Shown here piece after piece: positions 1 through 10,107 of a stretch of 64,000 nucleotides of DNA. The notes under the pieces were generated by a model. The model had not been told where the DNA came from, did no database searches, and saw only the letters and a list, made by a program, of their open reading frames with translations. Position numbers and translations under genes: made by a program. Source of the stretch: Myxococcota bacterium (GTDB taxonomy: Bacteria > Myxococcota_A > UBA796 > SXON01); assembly GCA_040386535.1 (NCBI GenBank), contig JAZKFH010000005.1:38058-102057 (forward strand), read 5' to 3'. How positions within the stretch are numbered: position 1 is the stretch's first letter; each line of letters opens with the position of its first letter.

Positions 1-1388
1 ATGCGGGCGAGCAGGTCACGCAGGGCCCCGAACGCGCGGCGCCGCTGCTCCGCGGAGTCGGCCACGTCGGCCTCGCGGCGGGAGGCGAGCCGCTCGACGC
101 CGCCGAGCACCGGGAACAGCCGCACGAGGGAGCCGGCGTGCCGCGGGATCACGGCCTCCTGCACGTCGGCGGGCTGGGCGCGGAGGAAGCGGGCGAGGGA
201 GTCGACGAGGCTGTCGAGGCCCTTGAACCGCACCGCCTCGCGCTCGTAGCAGCGCCCGGCCAGCGTCACGACCGACGGGTCCGCGAGGGTCAGCTCACGC
301 AGGAAGTTGCGGACGAGCACCGACTTGCCGATGCCGGAGGGCCCGTCCACGATGCGCACCACCGCCTGGTCCCGCGCGGACGCGAAGGCGGCGGCGAGCG
401 ATGCGAGCTGCCGGTCGCGCCCGACGAACGGCACCTTGGGGCCGGACACCGGGGCGGTCTCCGGGAGGGCGCCGAGGCGGAGGAGCACCTCGGCCCCGGA
501 CGGGCGGAGCGCGGGATCGACCTCGAGCAGCGCGTCGCACAGCTCGACCAGATCCCGCGGCAGGCCAGGGATGTGCTCCCCCGGCGAGGCCGGCCGGGCC
601 TGGGTCTTCTGCGTGAGCATCTCGAACCGCGCGCCGCTGAACGGGCGCAAGCCGGTGAGCGCCTCGTAGAGGATCACGCCCACGCTGTACCAGTCGGCCG
701 CGGCGGTCAGCGGCTGGTCGGTGACGTGCTCCGGCGCCATGTAGAGCGGCGTGCCGCCCATCACGCGCGACTGATCCTCGGCCGCGAGATCGGTGACGAG
801 GCTGAAATCGAGGAGCACCACCCGGCCCTCGAGCGTGACGAGCACGTTGGTCGGCTTGATGTCGCGATGCATCGTGCCGGTCGCGTGGAGCGCGCTCACG
901 CCCTCCGCGAGCTGACGGAACGCGCTGCGCACCCGCCCCTCGTCGAACGGCGGGCGGGCCCCCCCGAACAAGCCCGGCGCGAGCGGCGGCGTCGGCACCA
1001 GTCCGACCGCGGGCACCAGCGACTCCTCGTCCCCCGTGAAGCTGCCGATCGTCGCGTCCGCGCGCGCGTTCGGAATGCCCGCGCGCACCCAGTCGAGGAA
1101 GTTGACCCCCTCCACCAGCTCCATGGTCAGGAACCAGTCGTCCCCCTCGGCGCAGAGGTCGTGCAGCCGCACGAGGTTCGGGTGCTGCACGTGCACCACC
1201 GAGCGGAACTCGGTCTTGAAGCGGTAGAGCGCGTGCGGGGTGGTGCGGTGCAGCTTCTTGAGCGCGACGGGCTGCCCGCGCACGCGGTCGAACGCCCGGT
1301 AGACCACGCCGTAGCTGCCCTGGCCCAACACCGGGCCGAGCGTGTAGCGCTCGGTGAGCGAGCCTTCGTGGGGGCTGGACGGATCCAT
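1..1388 (-). CDS. Ser/Thr protein kinase with downstream AAA/P-loop domain (runs off the left window edge)
   Basis: Not in the ORF track; translated by hand from ATG at 1388: LGQGSYGVVY, VALKKL, HPNLVRL, HRDIKPTN, DFS, GTPLYMAPE, then Walker A GPSGIGKS (about 321-344). No stop before position 1. Confidence 0.9.
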   Translation of the reverse strand, partial: MDPSSPHEGSLTERYTLGPVLGQGSYGVVYRAFDRVRGQPVALKKLHRTTPHALYRFKTEFRSVVHVQHPNLVRLHDLCAEGDDWFLTMELVEGVNFLDWVRAGIPNARADATIGSFTGDEESLVPAVGLVPTPPLAPGLFGGARPPFDEGRVRSAFRQLAEGVSALHATGTMHRDIKPTNVLVTLEGRVVLLDFSLVTDLAAEDQSRVMGGTPLYMAPEHVTDQPLTAAADWYSVGVILYEALTGLRPFSGARFEMLTQKTQARPASPGEHIPGLPRDLVELCDALLEVDPALRPSGAEVLLRLGALPETAPVSGPKVPFVGRDRQLASLAAAFASARDQAVVRIVDGPSGIGKSVLVRNFLRELTLADPSVVTLAGRCYEREAVRFKGLDSLVDSLARFLRAQPADVQEAVIPRHAGSLVRLFPVLGGVERLASRREADVADSAEQRRRAFGALRDLLAR

Positions 1389-1481
1389 CGCGCGTAGGCC
1401 TACCCCGTCCGTGCGCCAACCGCCCAGCACCAGCCACTTGCAGTCCCGACGGATCGGTTAGCCCGAGGTACGAGAGCCACC

Positions 1482-1823
1482 ATGCCCACCACCCGCACGT
1501 TCCGCGACTTCGAAGAATTCTGGCCCTACTACCTGGGCGAACACGCCAGCGCGTTCAACCGGTGGCTCCACTTCGGCGGCACCACCACGGTGATCCTCAC
1601 GGCCGCCGCCGCGGTGTTGACCCTGAACCCCTGGCTCCTGCTGGCCCTGCCGGTCGTCGGCTACGGCCCGGCCTGGGTCGGGCACTTCATCGTCGAGCGC
1701 AATCGGCCCGCGACGTTCCAGCACCCCTTGTGGTCGCTCCGGGGCGACTTCCGGATGTACGGGATGATGTGGCGCGGGCGCCTCCGCCGCGGCACGACTG
1801 TCGAGACCGCGCAGGCGGACTGA
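1482..1823 (+). CDS. DUF962/Mpo1-like small membrane protein
   Basis: FEEFWPYYLGEH...NRWLHFGG...GYGPAWVGHFIVERNRPATFQHPLWSL..DFRM signature. Confidence 0.85.
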   Translation: MPTTRTFRDFEEFWPYYLGEHASAFNRWLHFGGTTTVILTAAAAVLTLNPWLLLALPVVGYGPAWVGHFIVERNRPATFQHPLWSLRGDFRMYGMMWRGRLRRGTTVETAQAD

Positions 1824-1837
1824 GCTACCCGCGCGGC

Positions 1838-2392
1838 CTACCCTCGCTGGCCGCGCGGGATCAGCGCGTCCAGCGTCCGCACCACGTTCTCGAGCTGCAG
1901 GCGTTGGGTCTCGACGTCGGGTGCCACCTCGACGACCGTGTTGTCCACGAGCTGACGGGCCGCGAACAACGCCGCCGGATCGATTCCGATGCGCTCGGCA
2001 TCGACCTCCTCCAGCGCCAGCTGGACGTATCGGAGCTGCTCCCGCGACAGGCCGAAGTTGGATCGCTCCAGCTCGGCCAGCGCCACGTCGGCCGCGATGC
2101 GCGCACGCAACAACGCGTCGAACGAACGCGACGCTTCGAGCTGGTCGCGCATGGCTTGGACCGAGCGGTCGACCTCGAGCGCCTGTGCTGCCCGCCGGGC
2201 GTCCAACGCGGCCATTCGTTCGCGCCCGTCGACATAGACGAAGCCGGCCACGAGCCCGCCGATGACGAGCCCGGCGAGGAGGCCCAACGCTCCGTCGCGG
2301 AGTCGTGACCACCTTCCGGGTGCACGCCCTCCAGGTGGACGCCCTCCGGGTGGACCACTGCCGGGTGGATGGCTCTCTGTTGTCTCGGGCAC
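1838..2392 (-). CDS. Hypothetical single-pass membrane protein with coiled-coil
   Basis: GTG at 2392 with GGGAGG RBS; PPGGR repeats, hydrophobic LGLLAGLVIGGLVAGFVYV, helical C-terminus. Confidence 0.65.
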   Translation of the reverse strand: MPETTESHPPGSGPPGGRPPGGRAPGRWSRLRDGALGLLAGLVIGGLVAGFVYVDGRERMAALDARRAAQALEVDRSVQAMRDQLEASRSFDALLRARIAADVALAELERSNFGLSREQLRYVQLALEEVDAERIGIDPAALFAARQLVDNTVVEVAPDVETQRLQLENVVRTLDALIPRGQRG

Positions 2393-2542
2393 GGCGCCTC
2401 CCCTACGGAAGCATGTCCGCATGACACGGTCGGTCAAGCGCGGGCCGCTCCCGCCCCTTCGCCAAGGCGCACGCACGAACGGCGCCGGGCTCACAGGGAG
2501 ACCGGCGCCGTTCGATTGGGTCGTTCGTAGGGTTCCGAACGA

Positions 2543-4318
2543 TTACCCGAGCGCGTCACACAGGCGGCGCACCGACTGGACCACCCAGGGGCCGTCCGCG
2601 CGGGCGTCCAGCGCGGACACCGCACGACCGAGCGCGTCACGGATGTCCACCCCGACGGCCACGAAGCGACGGCTCTCGTCCCCGTGGTGGGCGACAACGC
2701 TGTAGGCCACGTTGACCGCGCCCTGGGTCGGGGTCGGGGCCACCGGAGTGGCGACGCGGACCGGAACCGGCGCGGGGATCGCGACCGACGGGGTCGAGGG
2801 CGCGGGGGTGGAGACCGACGGGCTCGGAGCCACTTGGGTCGCGACCGTGGGGGTGGACGGAGCGGGGGTCGACATGGACGGGGCGGAGACGGGCGCCGGC
2901 GCGGCCGACACACCCTCTTCTTGGGAGCGGCCGCTCGCCGCGGAGATGCCGTGACGGCGGCGGTACTGACGCACGCCTTCGGACGACACATTGGCGAGCG
3001 ACGCCACCTCGGCGTCGGACAACACACCCACGAGGTGGGCGTGCGCGTCGAGCTTGGACCGGCGGTGGCGCACTTCCTTCTCCCCGTCGGCCTGCGCGGC
3101 GGCCGCGGGCTGCGCCGGCACCGACGCCGCCTTGATCGCGGGCGGCGCGGCCACGGCGGCCGCGGCCTTGGCGGCCGAGGACCGACCCGCCGCGGGGATG
3201 CCACGACGGATTCGGTACTGGGTCACCGCGGGCACGGACACGTTCGCCTTCGCGGCGACCTCCGCGTCGGTCAGCTTGCCGACGATGTCGAAGAACGCGT
3301 CGATCGCGGACCGACGGCCCGGCTTGCCCTTGGTGGCCGCGCTCGTGTCGGCGGGGCTGGCCTTGGTAGCCGAGGGAGCGGCCGCGGCCACGACCGTGGC
3401 CTTCTTCGCAGCCTTCGGAGCGGCCGCGGGGGCGGCCGCGCCACCGGACTTGCGATGGCGGAACCCGTCGTACGCGGGCACGCCCAACTTGCGGCGCCAC
3501 GCGCCGATCACCGTACGGTCCACGTTGGCCTGCTCGGCGATGACGTGGTCGGCCACCTTCCCCAGCTGGTCGCGGAAGGCCTCCAACGGATTGGCAGCGT
3601 CGCCCACGGGAGCGGCGGAAGCGGCCACAGGCTCAGGGGCGCGCTCGGGGGCCGGGGTGCGGACAGTCACTTCGTTCATCGCGCCGTCACTCGACGCGCG
3701 GCGACGACGGACCACCTGATCCGCGTCGTTCGCCTTGCCGCGGGGCGCAACCGCGGCCGCCGGCGCCTCGGTCGGCGTGCCACCGCGGGAGGGCGGCGCG
3801 CGACGGAAGGCGGGGATGTCGTGGGCCCGGCGGTAGGCCTTCACGTCGTCGGCGGAGACGCCCGCGAGCGTCGCCACGTCGGCGTCCGGAGCATTTCCCA
3901 GCTTCGCGCGGAAAGGAGCGAGCACGTCCGCGGGGGCCGCGACCGGGGCGGCCTCGGCGGGCTTGGCCTTCGAGGCCGCGGGCTTGGCTGCGGCCTTGGC
4001 AGGCGCGGCCTTCGCAACGGGGGTGGGCTTGCCCGGCTTGGAGGCCTTCGGAGCCTTGCCGGAGGACTTGGCCGGGGCGGGCGACGCGACGGATGCCTTG
4101 GCAGCCACCGGCGACGAGGCGGCGGCGCCGTTCTTGGGCTTGCGCCCGGGCGCCATGGGCGCTTTCGATTGGCCGGCGGCCGCGAGCGCGCTGCGCAGCG
4201 TGTTGGCGCTGGGCCCGAACTTTGCCGAGAGGGCCGCCCAGCTCAACGTGTCCTTTACGGACAGGAGTTCGGGCCACCAGGAAGCGGAGAGGGTGTCGTC
4301 GATCGGGGAGGTGCTCAT
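2543..4318 (-). CDS. Hypothetical protein with four repeated HTH-like modules and K/A/P-rich linkers
   Basis: 591-aa ORF with repeats of the type LGxxxDxxVAxxAxVSxxxVxxYRRxxGIPA. Confidence 0.8.
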   Translation of the reverse strand: MSTSPIDDTLSASWWPELLSVKDTLSWAALSAKFGPSANTLRSALAAAGQSKAPMAPGRKPKNGAAASSPVAAKASVASPAPAKSSGKAPKASKPGKPTPVAKAAPAKAAAKPAASKAKPAEAAPVAAPADVLAPFRAKLGNAPDADVATLAGVSADDVKAYRRAHDIPAFRRAPPSRGGTPTEAPAAAVAPRGKANDADQVVRRRRASSDGAMNEVTVRTPAPERAPEPVAASAAPVGDAANPLEAFRDQLGKVADHVIAEQANVDRTVIGAWRRKLGVPAYDGFRHRKSGGAAAPAAAPKAAKKATVVAAAAPSATKASPADTSAATKGKPGRRSAIDAFFDIVGKLTDAEVAAKANVSVPAVTQYRIRRGIPAAGRSSAAKAAAAVAAPPAIKAASVPAQPAAAAQADGEKEVRHRRSKLDAHAHLVGVLSDAEVASLANVSSEGVRQYRRRHGISAASGRSQEEGVSAAPAPVSAPSMSTPAPSTPTVATQVAPSPSVSTPAPSTPSVAIPAPVPVRVATPVAPTPTQGAVNVAYSVVAHHGDESRRFVAVGVDIRDALGRAVSALDARADGPWVVQSVRRLCDALG

Positions 4319-4857
4319 GGCGGCGTTCTATCAGAGCGGTCGCAATTGTGACAGGGGGGATTGGGCGACTGCATGAAATACGTCCGTCGGGGCGCGGCAG
4401 GGGTGGCGGGGGCTGTCGCGGGACCTTGCAAATGATCCATGCTCGTCCTCGATTAAAGCTCATTACAGACACGACGCAGCGTTCTATTGGGACAGTCGCA
4501 TGTGGGTGACGGCGTTCCTGGCGGGCAGGCGCCGCGCCCAGGCGTGACGCGGTCCAGCCGTGCGTGCCGCCCCCCTCCCCCCCCGGACGCCCGAACCCGT
4601 ACGGGACCACCGTCGCCGAGCCGGCGCCCCCTTCCCCGCGCTGACCGCCCGCCGCTGCAATACGCACCGGGGCGCCATCCGCGTCGTATGGCGTCGGAGC
4701 CCGCTCGAACGGTGGGAAATCGCGCCACGGCCCTATGGACGGGGCGGGTCACCCGGTCAAGAAACGGTCAACCATGGTCGGGGGGTGGATCATGGGGGCG
4801 ATCCTCGGGCACATGAGGGGCCACGGCAACGCCCAACTCTACTTCTGGGGATCCCCA

Positions 4858-7464
4858 TTGCGCCTCACTGTGCTCGCCCTTTTCCTGTCCATCGGTTGCA
4901 GGCCCGCTGACGACGAAGCGAAGGACACCGGCGAGGTCGCCGACACCGACACCGACACCGATACCGACACGGACACCGACACCGACACCGACACCGATAC
5001 CGACACGGACACGGACACGGACATCCCCGCGGACGAGGACGACGACGGGTACACCCCCGACGACGGGGACTGCGACGACGCCGACGCCAACGTCTTTCCC
5101 GGGGCCCTCGAGACGTGCGACGGGATCGACAACAACTGCGACACGGCCGTAGACGAGGGGGTCACCACCACGTTCTACGCCGACCTCGATCTGGACGGGT
5201 ACGGGGCCGACGGCGCCGGGGTACCCACGTGCGAGCTCCCCGAGGGGTACGTCACCGTGGCCGGCGACTGTGACGATACGAATGCCAGCGTCCTGCCGGG
5301 CGGCACCGAGGTGTGCAACGGCGTGGACGACGATTGCGACGGGGTGGTCGATCCGGCGACCGCGCTCGACGCACGCGACTGGTATGCGGACACCGACACG
5401 GACGGATACGGCGACCTCGCCGACGTGGTCCTGGCGTGCGACGCCACGGACGGCCGGGTGGACGTGGCGGGCGACTGTGACGACACCGACGCCGCGTTCA
5501 ACCCCGCGGCGGCGGAAGACGACTGCACGGATCCGTCGGATTACAACTGCGACGGCTCCGTCGGCTTCACCGACGCCGATGCCGACGGTTCGGCGGCGTG
5601 CGCGGACTGCGACGATGCCGACGCGAACGTATTCCCCGGCGGCGTCGAGCTCTGCAACGGGATCGACGACGACTGCGACGGCGATGTCGACCCCGCCGAC
5701 GCGGACGACGCGGGCACGTTCTACGCCGACGGGGATCTCGACGGATACGGGGATGGGTCGGTGATGGTCACGGCGTGCGTCGCCGAGCCCGGATGGTCGG
5801 CGAGCAGCGATGACTGTGACGACACGGACACCCGCTTCCACCCCGGCGCGGACGAATCGGACTGCACGGACGCAAACGACTACAATTGCGACGGCTCCGT
5901 GAGCTTTGCCGACGTGGACGCGGACGGCTTCGCGGCGTGCAGCGAGTGCGACGACGCCGACGCCGACGTGAACCCCGGCGCGGTCGAGGTCTGCAACGAT
6001 CGGGACGACGACTGTGACGGGAACGTGGACGAGGCCGACGCCGCCGACACGACCACCTGGTACGCGGACGCCGACGGCGACCGCGCCGGCGACCCCGCCT
6101 CCAGCCTGACCGCTTGTTTCGCGCCCACCGGCTACGTGGCCGACGCCTCCGATTGTGACCCGGGGAACCCCTCCATCTTTCCCGGCGCCGCCGAGGTGTG
6201 CGGCGGCTTCGACGACGACTGTGACGGCGCCATCGACGAGGGAGCCGGCACCGCCTGGTACGGCGACGCGGACGCCGACGGCTGGGGCACCCCGGTGTCC
6301 AGTGTCGTGACGTGTGATGCCCCCGTGGGGACCGTTGCGAACGCCGCGGATTGTGACGACACGGACGGCGCGGTGAACCCCGCCGCGCGGGAGGTGTGCG
6401 ACGCCCGCGATCAGGATTGCGACGGCCTCGTGGACGATCGCCCCATCGACGGCGCGACCTGGTACGCCGACGTGGACGCGGACTCGCGCGGCGATGCCAC
6501 CCGGTTCCTCGCCGCGTGCGAGGCACCCGCCGGCTACGTCGCGGACGCGCGCGACTGTGACGACACCGACCCCAGCGTGAGCCCCGACATGCCCGAGGTG
6601 TGTGGGGGCGCGGACGAGGACTGTGACGGCGTGGTGGACGAATTCGGCGCGACCGGCGCGTCGTACTTCTACGGCGACGCGGACGCCGACGGCTTCGGCG
6701 ACAGGACGGTCACCGTGTATGGGTGCTCCGGCCCCGCCGGTTATGCCGACAACGGCTTCGATTGCGACGACACGGATGCCGGGCGCTCCCCCGGCGTCGC
6801 CGAGGTGTGCAACGGCCTCGACGACAACTGCAACACCGCGGTCGACGACGGCGCGTCGGACGCCACGCTCTCCTTCCCCGACCTCGACGGGGACGGTGTG
6901 GGCGCGGGCCCCCCGTCCGTCGCGTGTGAGACCCCCGAGGGCTACGTGACGCGGGGCGGCGACTGCGCCGGTGACGACGCCACGATCTACCCGGGCGCCG
7001 CCGAGGTGTGTGACGACGGCATCGACCAGGACTGCAACCTCGCCGTCGACGACGGCGCGGTCTGCTACGGATGCGCGCTCTACAGCGGCTACCTCGTCTG
7101 TACGGACGAGGTGGATTGGGACACCGCCGTGTCGATCTGCGACGTGTTCGGCCAGGAGCTCGTGACCATCGAGGATTCCGTCGAGAACGCGATCGTGGCC
7201 GCCGCCGCCACGTCCGCCGGCGCGAGCGACGGCGCCTGGATCGGTGTCACCGACCTCACCACGGAGGGCACCTGGGTGTGGCAGGAGGGCACCGCCGCCA
7301 CCTACACGGCGTGGGCTGTCGGGCAGCCGGACAACGACGAGGCCGCGGAGCACTGCGGCGGCACCAACTTCGCCACGGAGGGCGAGTGGAACGACTACCG
7401 CTGCGACTCCACGCTGCCGTTCGTTTGTGAGCGCGCGCCGGTGGTCGAGGAGCCCGCCGAGTAG
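4858..7464 (+). CDS. MopE-type (Cys/Asp metal-binding motif) repeat lipoprotein with C-terminal C-type lectin domain; start uncertain (ORF open from 4735)
   Basis: Lipobox LSIGC, DT linker, many DCDD..PGA.E.C.G.DD.CDG repeats, C-terminal WIG...WVW...QPDN...WND..C...PFVCE. Confidence 0.85.
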   Translation: MRLTVLALFLSIGCRPADDEAKDTGEVADTDTDTDTDTDTDTDTDTDTDTDTDTDIPADEDDDGYTPDDGDCDDADANVFPGALETCDGIDNNCDTAVDEGVTTTFYADLDLDGYGADGAGVPTCELPEGYVTVAGDCDDTNASVLPGGTEVCNGVDDDCDGVVDPATALDARDWYADTDTDGYGDLADVVLACDATDGRVDVAGDCDDTDAAFNPAAAEDDCTDPSDYNCDGSVGFTDADADGSAACADCDDADANVFPGGVELCNGIDDDCDGDVDPADADDAGTFYADGDLDGYGDGSVMVTACVAEPGWSASSDDCDDTDTRFHPGADESDCTDANDYNCDGSVSFADVDADGFAACSECDDADADVNPGAVEVCNDRDDDCDGNVDEADAADTTTWYADADGDRAGDPASSLTACFAPTGYVADASDCDPGNPSIFPGAAEVCGGFDDDCDGAIDEGAGTAWYGDADADGWGTPVSSVVTCDAPVGTVANAADCDDTDGAVNPAAREVCDARDQDCDGLVDDRPIDGATWYADVDADSRGDATRFLAACEAPAGYVADARDCDDTDPSVSPDMPEVCGGADEDCDGVVDEFGATGASYFYGDADADGFGDRTVTVYGCSGPAGYADNGFDCDDTDAGRSPGVAEVCNGLDDNCNTAVDDGASDATLSFPDLDGDGVGAGPPSVACETPEGYVTRGGDCAGDDATIYPGAAEVCDDGIDQDCNLAVDDGAVCYGCALYSGYLVCTDEVDWDTAVSICDVFGQELVTIEDSVENAIVAAAATSAGASDGAWIGVTDLTTEGTWVWQEGTAATYTAWAVGQPDNDEAAEHCGGTNFATEGEWNDYRCDSTLPFVCERAPVVEEPAE
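4942..5022 (+). repeat. Coding tandem repeat GAYACS x13 (Asp-Thr linker)
   Basis: gacacc/gatacc/gacacg hexamers counted directly. Confidence 0.9.
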
Positions 7465-7553
7465 CGCGGGACAAGCGCTGGGGGGCGTGGCGCTGCGGGG
7501 CCGCGCCTCCCCCGACCGTGGCCGCCCCCACAGCACCTACCCTGAAACCGACA

Positions 7554-7588
7554 ACCGCCCGCCCAGCCGTGAGGCCGAGCGGGCGGTC
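7554..7588 (-). terminator. Hairpin downstream of tRNA-Met and convergent CDS
   Basis: ACCGCCCGC ... GCGGGCGGT inverted repeat. Confidence 0.5.
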
Positions 7589-7598
7589 GTTGAGGGGA

Positions 7599-7675
7599 TG
7601 GTGGCTTCGGTGGGACTTGAACCTACGACACCGCGGGTATGAACCGCGTGCTCTAACCAACTGAGCTACGAAGCC
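7599..7675 (-). tRNA. tRNA-Met (CAT), elongator type
   Basis: Reverse complement GGCTTCGTAGCTCAGTTGGTTAGAGCACGCGGTTCATACCCGCGGTGTCGTAGGTTCAAGTCCCACCGAAGCCACCA: cloverleaf, CAT anticodon, encoded CCA, paired G1-C72. Confidence 0.95.
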
Positions 7676-7838
7676 ATCGCGGCGCCTACTAATCAGCCCC
7701 CGCGCGGGGAGCAAGGGTCTGCCGCGACGGAAGCCACCAGATTCCGATTCTCCCCGTTCGACCGACCTCATTCCAACACCCCCGGCGCGGCTTCCCCCGC
7801 GCCCCGCCGATCCCGGAAGTCCGCGGCCCGCCCGGCGG

Positions 7839-7866
7839 TTGACTCCGTCCCCCGGATCAATAGAAT
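7839..7866 (+). promoter_or_regulatory. Sigma70-type promoter for the liv operon
   Basis: TTGACT-N16-TAGAAT, then AGGAG RBS before GTG at 7888. Confidence 0.65.
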
Positions 7867-7887
7867 CGGCGACCCTTAGGAGACCCC

Positions 7888-9204
7888 GTGCGCATCGCCA
7901 CCGTCCTGCTCACCACGTTCCTGGCCGCGTGCGGCGGCGGAAGCTCCGACACGAAGGAGATCGTCATCGGGCAGTACGGCTCCCTCTCCGGCGGCGCCGC
8001 CACGTTCGGCTCGTCGACCAAGAACGGGATCGAGATCGCCACCGAGGAGCAGAACGCGGCGGGCGGCATCGCCGGCACGCCCATCCGCATGGTCGTCGAG
8101 GACGATCGTTCGATGCCCGAGGAAGCGGCCACGGCCGTCAACAAGCTGCTCTCGCGCGACCGTCCGGTCGCGATCCTGGGCGAGGTCGCCTCCTCCTCCT
8201 CGCTCGCCGCCGCGCCCCTCGCGCAGGCCGCCGGCGTCCCCATGATCTCGCCCTCCTCCACCTCCGTGAAGGTCACGCAGGTGGGCGACTACATCTTCCG
8301 CGTCTGCTTCATCGACCCGTTCCAGGGCACGGCGGCGGCGCAGTTCGCCTACAACACGAAGGGCGTGCGCACGGTCGCGGTCCTCACCGACGTGAAGAGC
8401 GACTACTCGGTCGGCCTCGCGCAGTACTTCAAGCAGACCTTCACGAGCCTCGGCGGCACGATCATCGCGGAAGAGGCCTACGCGGCCAACGACCTCGACT
8501 TCAAGGCCCAGATCACGAACATCGTGTCCAAGGCTCCCGACGCCATCTTCATCCCCGGGTACTACACGGAGACCGGGCTCATCGCCCGCCAGGCGCGGGA
8601 CTCCGGGTACAAGGGCATCCTGCTCGGCGGCGACGGCTGGGACTCCGACAAGCTCGTCGAGATCGGGCAGGACGCGATCGTCGGCAGCTTCTACACGAAC
8701 CACTACTCGGTCGACGACCCGAGCCCCGTCGTGCAGGACTTCATCAAGAAGTACCAGGCGAAGTACGGCGCCAAGCCCGACGGCCTCGCCGCGCTTGGCT
8801 ACGACTCGGCCAAGATCCTCTACCAGGCCATGACCGAGGTCGCGAAGGACCCCGCGCACGCCGCCGCCTTCGCCGACCGCTCCGCCGTCCCCGCCACCGA
8901 GGGCGCCCGCAAGGCCGCGCGCGCCGCGCTCCGCGACGAGCTGGCCGGCGTGAAGGGCTTTCCCGGCGTGACCGGCACGATCACCATCGACAAGGATCGC
9001 AACGCGGAGAAGCCCGCGGTGGTCGTCGAGGTCACGAAGGACGGCCCCCGCTTCGTCGAGTCCATCGCGCCGGGCGGCCCCGCGGCCCCCGCGCCGGTCG
9101 ACGGCGCCGCGCCGGCTGCCACCGAGGGCGCCACCGCCCCCGTCCCGGCCGAAGGCGCCGCCGCCACCCCGCCCGCCGAGGGCGCCGCGCCCGCTGCCAA
9201 GTAG
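7888..9204 (+). CDS. livK: Branched-chain amino acid ABC transporter substrate-binding lipoprotein
   Basis: Lipobox LAAC; type-1 periplasmic binding protein motifs (SLSG..A.FG, EDD, FRVCFIDPFQG, ALGYD). Confidence 0.9.
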   Translation: MRIATVLLTTFLAACGGGSSDTKEIVIGQYGSLSGGAATFGSSTKNGIEIATEEQNAAGGIAGTPIRMVVEDDRSMPEEAATAVNKLLSRDRPVAILGEVASSSSLAAAPLAQAAGVPMISPSSTSVKVTQVGDYIFRVCFIDPFQGTAAAQFAYNTKGVRTVAVLTDVKSDYSVGLAQYFKQTFTSLGGTIIAEEAYAANDLDFKAQITNIVSKAPDAIFIPGYYTETGLIARQARDSGYKGILLGGDGWDSDKLVEIGQDAIVGSFYTNHYSVDDPSPVVQDFIKKYQAKYGAKPDGLAALGYDSAKILYQAMTEVAKDPAHAAAFADRSAVPATEGARKAARAALRDELAGVKGFPGVTGTITIDKDRNAEKPAVVVEVTKDGPRFVESIAPGGPAAPAPVDGAAPAATEGATAPVPAEGAAATPPAEGAAPAAK

Positions 9205-9207
9205 TCC

Positions 9208-10107
9208 GTGACCCTCTTTCTCCAGCAGCTGATCAACGGGCTGTCGTTGGGCGCGATCTATGCCTTGATCGCGCTCGGCTACACCATGGTCTACGGCACG
9301 CTCCAGCTCATCAACTTCGCCCACGGCGAGGTGTACATGATGGGCGCCTTCGCGGCGTTGTACCTGGCCCGGCTGCTGGGGGTCGACACCGATCCGACCA
9401 TCCCCGGCGTCATCGTCGTCGCGGTCGGGGCGATGGGCTTCTGCGCGGTGCTCGGCATGACGATCGAGCGCGTCGCCTACCGGCCGCTCCGGGGCTCCTC
9501 CCGCCTGAACATGCTGATCACCGCGATCGGCGTGTCCCTGCTCCTCCAGAACGTCGGCCTGCTCGCGTTCGGCGCGCTCCAGAGCTTCCCGTCGCTGCTC
9601 CCCGAGAAGCAGTGGCAGCTGGCCGAGGGGCTCGCGCTGCGCAGCCAGGACGTGCTCACCTTCAGCGTCACCATCGCGCTGATGCTCGGGCTGCACCACA
9701 TCGTCGAGCGCACGCAGATCGGCCGGGCCATGCGCGCCGTGAGCCACTCGCGAGACACCGCCGCGCTCATGGGCATCCCGGTCGACCGCGTGGTGTCCTT
9801 CACCTTCGCCATCGGCTCGATCCTCGCGGGCGCGGCCGCGCTGCTCATCGCGCTCGACAAGCACACGATCCGCCCCGACATGGGCATGACGGGGGGCCTG
9901 AAGGCCTTCGTGGCCGCGGTGCTGGGCGGCATCGGGAGCATCCCGGGCGCGGTGGCGGGCGGGCTCCTGCTCGGCCTCGCGGAGACCTTCGTGAGCGGCT
10001 ACCTCGCCTCCACCTACCGCGACGCCATCGCGTTCCTGCTCCTCATCGGCATCCTCCTGTACAAGCCCACGGGCCTGTTCGGGAAGCCGACCGTGGAGAA
10101 GGTCTGA
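9208..10107 (+). CDS. livH: Branched-chain amino acid ABC transporter permease
   Basis: QQLINGLSLGAIYALIALGYTMVYG..LINFAHG; GLKAFVAAVLGGIGS. Confidence 0.93.
   Translation: MTLFLQQLINGLSLGAIYALIALGYTMVYGTLQLINFAHGEVYMMGAFAALYLARLLGVDTDPTIPGVIVVAVGAMGFCAVLGMTIERVAYRPLRGSSRLNMLITAIGVSLLLQNVGLLAFGALQSFPSLLPEKQWQLAEGLALRSQDVLTFSVTIALMLGLHHIVERTQIGRAMRAVSHSRDTAALMGIPVDRVVSFTFAIGSILAGAAALLIALDKHTIRPDMGMTGGLKAFVAAVLGGIGSIPGAVAGGLLLGLAETFVSGYLASTYRDAIAFLLLIGILLYKPTGLFGKPTVEKV

Noticed and set aside
138..1397. Long antisense or alternative-frame ORFs (e.g. 138-1397+, 4768-7536-, 27021-30839+, 51805-54819+, N-terminal extensions of 43479-47027- and 7839-11099+)
   Set aside because: Shadow ORFs expected at very high GC; they overlap genes with clear family motifs
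7464..7675. tRNA-Met as an integration site for an island
   Set aside because: No integrase, and no duplicated tRNA 3' end seen in the window
7686..7714. tRNA promoter TTGCTC-N17-TAGTAG on the minus strand
   Set aside because: Plausible position, but the -10 match is too weak to call
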